DNA of 27,590 nt from a virus. Taxonomy: Duplodnaviria; Caudoviricetes. The notes below the pieces were generated by a model. The model did not search any database. It was not told where the DNA came from and saw nothing but the letters and a program-made list of their open reading frames with translations. The DNA lies in the IMG/VR virus record IMGVR_UViG_3300030433_001242, positions 1-27,590 of that record, one strand, 5' to 3'. Both the position numbers and the translations under genes were made by a program. Shown piece after piece: positions 24,640 to 27,590 of this stretch (within the stretch, counting starts at the first letter, position 1; every line of letters starts with the position of its first letter).

Positions 24640-25367
24640 TGCCTGGAGTAAAATGGACAGAAAACGAAGTTAGAATCTTAGACCAGTATGAACGTACTGC
24701 TAAGTCTGCATTCGTTCTGTATCAAGAAATACGTATTGCTGGATATAATAGAACATATAAAGCAGTAACACGTAAAATAGAATCATTAGGATTAAGAAAA
24801 CCTACCAGATATACCACTGGACACGAAATGACTATCGGATACTTAGATATTGAATCAACTGGATTTAGCGCTAATATTGATGTTATGTTGTCTTGGTGTA
24901 TAAAAGGAAGAGGTGTTAAAGAAGTTGCTGGTGCTAAAATTACAAAAGAAGAGCTAATGTCAGATAAACAAGACGCTCGCATTGTAGAGCTTTTAGTAGA
25001 AGAAATGAACAAATATGATGTAATATTTACATATTACGGTACTCGTTTTGATATTCCGTTTATTAGAACACGTGCATTGTATCATAAGACATTCTTCCCA
25101 CTATATAAACAAAAGTCGCACAAAGACCTATATTATGTGGTAAAATCTAAATTGAAGCTACATCGTTCATCATTACAAGCAGCTACAGAGTTTTTTGGTA
25201 TTTCTGGTAAAACAAGAGTAAAACCAGAAATGTGGCAAAAAGCTAGATGGGGCGATGAAAAAGCTATGAAATACGTTTACGACCATAATGTAGCAGATGT
25301 AGTAATATTAGAAAAACTACATCGTAAGTTAGAAGAATATGCACCACCAATGGTAAGACCACTATAA
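24639..25367 (+). CDS. DEDD/RNase H-like 3'-5' exonuclease (RNase_H_2/YprB-like) with N-terminal Myb-like HTH
   Basis: YLDIESTG (ExoI), YYGTRFDIPF (ExoII), HNVADV (ExoIII); N-terminal KWTENEVRIL. Confidence 0.8.
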   Translation: MPGVKWTENEVRILDQYERTAKSAFVLYQEIRIAGYNRTYKAVTRKIESLGLRKPTRYTTGHEMTIGYLDIESTGFSANIDVMLSWCIKGRGVKEVAGAKITKEELMSDKQDARIVELLVEEMNKYDVIFTYYGTRFDIPFIRTRALYHKTFFPLYKQKSHKDLYYVVKSKLKLHRSSLQAATEFFGISGKTRVKPEMWQKARWGDEKAMKYVYDHNVADVVILEKLHRKLEEYAPPMVRPL

Positions 25368-25378
25368 TAGGAGGAAAA

Positions 25379-25615
25379 ATGGCTAAAGTTAAAGAAGAAA
25401 AGCTAACAATAATGAATGATGGTAAAGAAATAGAGTTTTTATATTCTGAACTATCAGAAGAAGCACAAGCTCAGTATAATAGAGCTAATGAATTAGCTGG
25501 TCAATTAATGAGATTAGAACAACAATCTAATGAATTAAGGTTCCTTGCTAATAACTATATTCGATTTGTTATTGATGAACTTGAAAAAGACATTGACGAT
25601 AAAGAGGAAAAATAG
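25379..25615 (+). CDS. Hypothetical coiled-coil protein
   Basis: AGGAGG RBS. Confidence 0.7.
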   Translation: MAKVKEEKLTIMNDGKEIEFLYSELSEEAQAQYNRANELAGQLMRLEQQSNELRFLANNYIRFVIDELEKDIDDKEEK

Positions 25616-25622
25616 TTAAATT

Positions 25623-26384
25623 ATGAGAGAACGTACTGTAAATGGAATTATCCATTACTTATACGATGACGTCAATGAATTTAGAAAGTTTCATGAAAAT
25701 GTTTCTTTAGTAAAAGATTGGCGTCACTCTAATAAGAATGATTGGATAGTTACAGATGATGGTCAAGTATGTCAAGTTCTTCATCTTGGTGTTTTAAAAA
25801 AACATGATAGAAAAAAAGAAACTACATTTATTAGAACTATTATAGGTTCTTTTGTTTGTAGTCCTAGAGTAAAGATGGCAGGAGACATGAGAACCAACAT
25901 GCATACGTTCTCTACAGATGGTAAATCTCCGTCTGTTAGAAAAAGAGAAAGAAAACAAGCAACAGACAAAGAATTCTTGTTTGGTAAGTATGTAGCAAAA
26001 GGAGATGATGTTGTAGAAGCATACATGAAAGCATTTCCTAGCAAAAATGAAAACTATGCTAAATCACAAGCAAAGCTGTTGTTAAAAACTGACAGGGTAA
26101 AAAAATTGATAAGAGAAGAAATAGATAAATATCTAAATGAAGCAGATATTACTCCTACTTATTTATTAGAAGAAATGAGAAACATTATAGATAAGGGAGG
26201 CTCTTCTGATAGAGATAAAATTACTGCAATAACAACATTAATGAAAATATCTGGAATGATGGATACAGAAAAGACAACAGAGTCTTTAACATTGTTTCAA
26301 GGTTTTACACAGGAGCAACTAAATGCAATTCAAGGGTCTAAAAACAAAAAACTGGCGGAAGTTAAAACTGATAACGAAAAATAA
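25623..26384 (+). CDS. terS: Terminase small subunit with extra N-terminal domain
   Basis: EAYMKAF....YAKSQAKLLLK..RVKKLI HTH and DKITAITTLMKISGM pattern; lies upstream of terL. Confidence 0.7.
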   Translation: MRERTVNGIIHYLYDDVNEFRKFHENVSLVKDWRHSNKNDWIVTDDGQVCQVLHLGVLKKHDRKKETTFIRTIIGSFVCSPRVKMAGDMRTNMHTFSTDGKSPSVRKRERKQATDKEFLFGKYVAKGDDVVEAYMKAFPSKNENYAKSQAKLLLKTDRVKKLIREEIDKYLNEADITPTYLLEEMRNIIDKGGSSDRDKITAITTLMKISGMMDTEKTTESLTLFQGFTQEQLNAIQGSKNKKLAEVKTDNEK

Positions 26385-26550
26385 ACGTTGTCATATATGT
26401 CACTACAGACTAAGTAAAACAGGTATTTTTTTATATAGTAAACATCTAGAAGATACTACTCATATAAAATGTTTTAATTGTTTGACAGTATATAATACTA
26501 ATTTTCATATAACAGATGTAGGAATACCTACACAAGTAGGACATGCATGA
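26323..26550 (+). CDS. Small CxxC...CxxC zinc-ribbon protein; start uncertain
   Basis: CHIC and CFNC; stop overlaps the GGCT start (ATGA). Confidence 0.55.
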   Translation: MQFKGLKTKNWRKLKLITKNKRCHICHYRLSKTGIFLYSKHLEDTTHIKCFNCLTVYNTNFHITDVGIPTQVGHA

Positions 26551-26954
26551 GATTAGCAGTTTACGGAACTTTAAGAAGAGGATTTGAAGATACTGGAAAG
26601 GTAGAGGGTTTTAGTTTAGTATTTCCAGGAACAAAATCTTTTCCTGCTCTTATAAAAAATAAAAATGGTTCAGGTGCAATTGTAGAGTTAATAAGTGTTA
26701 CAGATGAAGAATTAATAATCTATGATATGTATGAATCTACTAAAGATGGTTTATATATAAGAACCACAGCTAATATTATCTTAGATGAAACAGGAGAAAA
26801 AGAAAAGTGTTGGATATATGTAGCTGGACCTTTACTATGGCAAAGTTCTAGTATGTTTACAGAAGTTCCAGACGGTGATTGGCTTTCACCTAAAACATTA
26901 GTAATGATGGATAGGGTATATGAAAAAGAATACGAAGAAGCCAGAAAATTTTAA
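26547..26954 (+). CDS. Gamma-glutamylcyclotransferase (AIG2/GGCT family)
   Basis: LAVYGTLRRG signature, FPAL, YDMYE catalytic Glu region, CWIYV. Confidence 0.85.
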   Translation: MRLAVYGTLRRGFEDTGKVEGFSLVFPGTKSFPALIKNKNGSGAIVELISVTDEELIIYDMYESTKDGLYIRTTANIILDETGEKEKCWIYVAGPLLWQSSSMFTEVPDGDWLSPKTLVMMDRVYEKEYEEARKF

Positions 26955-27590
26955 TATAGTACCTCCTGACCTATCTGCTAAAGAAAAAGCATTAGAATTA
27001 GCAAAAAAAGATATTGTTACTTTTGGTCAAATGTTTTTACCTGAAGATTTTATGAAATCAACTCCTGCTCCTTATCAATACGAGTTGAGTAATATTCTTT
27101 TAGGAAAAGATAAACGTGTTTGTATTATATTACCTAGAGGTCATGCGAAGTCAACATTAGCTAAGACTGCTTTGCTACATCAATTGTATTTTGCTCCTCC
27201 AGAAAAAAAACAATTTATTGCATGGGTATCAGAAGAACAATCTCAGGCAATTGACCATATTAAATATATACAAAATCATATAGATATAAATCCTGCATTA
27301 CAATATTATTTTGGTGATTTAAAAGGTAGTAAATGGACAGAAAAAGAGTTTACCACAGCAAGAGGAGATAGAATTATTGCGAAAGGTACGTCACAAAGAT
27401 TGCGTGGACGTTCTCAATTAGGATTAAGATATACAAATATTATTCTTGATGACTTTGAATCAGAATTAAATACAAAAACACCAGAAAGAAGGAGAGAGAT
27501 TAAAGAATGGGTAATGTCAACGGTAGAACCCGCTTTGGAAAACTCGAAAGAAAACGAAGGGTCAATATGGCTTATTGGTACGATAGTCCA
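26920..27590 (+). CDS. terL: Terminase large subunit, N-terminal ATPase domain (3' truncated; absent from the ORF track)
   Basis: Manual translation from ATG 26920: MKKNTKKPENF...PYQ...ILPRGHAKST (Walker A)...LRGR...IILDDFE (Walker B)...LIGT; no stop before the window end. Confidence 0.92.
   Translation, partial: MKKNTKKPENFNIVPPDLSAKEKALELAKKDIVTFGQMFLPEDFMKSTPAPYQYELSNILLGKDKRVCIILPRGHAKSTLAKTALLHQLYFAPPEKKQFIAWVSEEQSQAIDHIKYIQNHIDINPALQYYFGDLKGSKWTEKEFTTARGDRIIAKGTSQRLRGRSQLGLRYTNIILDDFESELNTKTPERRREIKEWVMSTVEPALENSKENEGSIWLIGTIV

Noticed and set aside
25593-25622. TTGACG-N18-TAAATT promoter-like match before terS
   Set aside because: The -10 abuts the ATG at 25623, so the transcript would start inside the gene; possibly chance, or it implies a different start I cannot support.

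Overview
AT-rich fragment of an uncultured tailed dsDNA phage with a podovirus-like layout and three blocks. (1) 1-10842 (+): end of a tail fibre with an S74 chaperone, a lysozyme-like lysin, a cluster of probable ejection/internal virion proteins (including a 1787-aa protein), and two orphan genes, one with a PT-TG pre-toxin domain. (2) 10839-23319 (mostly -): early/replication arm with a DnaB helicase, Hjc-like resolvase, SSB, Sak/Rad52 annealase, Cas4-like exonuclease, RHH regulator, an amidoligase + class II glutamine amidotransferase operon and many small orphans. One lone + strand gene in this arm is bracketed by twin covarying hairpins. (3) 23962-27590 (+): HEXXH peptidase, DEDD exonuclease, small terminase, gamma-glutamylcyclotransferase and the start of the large terminase. 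A ~640-bp A-tract-rich non-coding divergence region separates blocks 2 and 3. Most notable: the promoter- and terminator-delimited amidoligase/GATase module with a distant GGCT, the PT-TG candidate virion-delivered effector, a family of shared non-coding motifs (two promoter classes, an AGAGCT(C/A)GA box, twin hairpins, an orphan promoter that may drive a small RNA), and a regional GAC/GTC enrichment together with apparent GATC avoidance. All functional calls come from motif recognition by eye; no searches were run.
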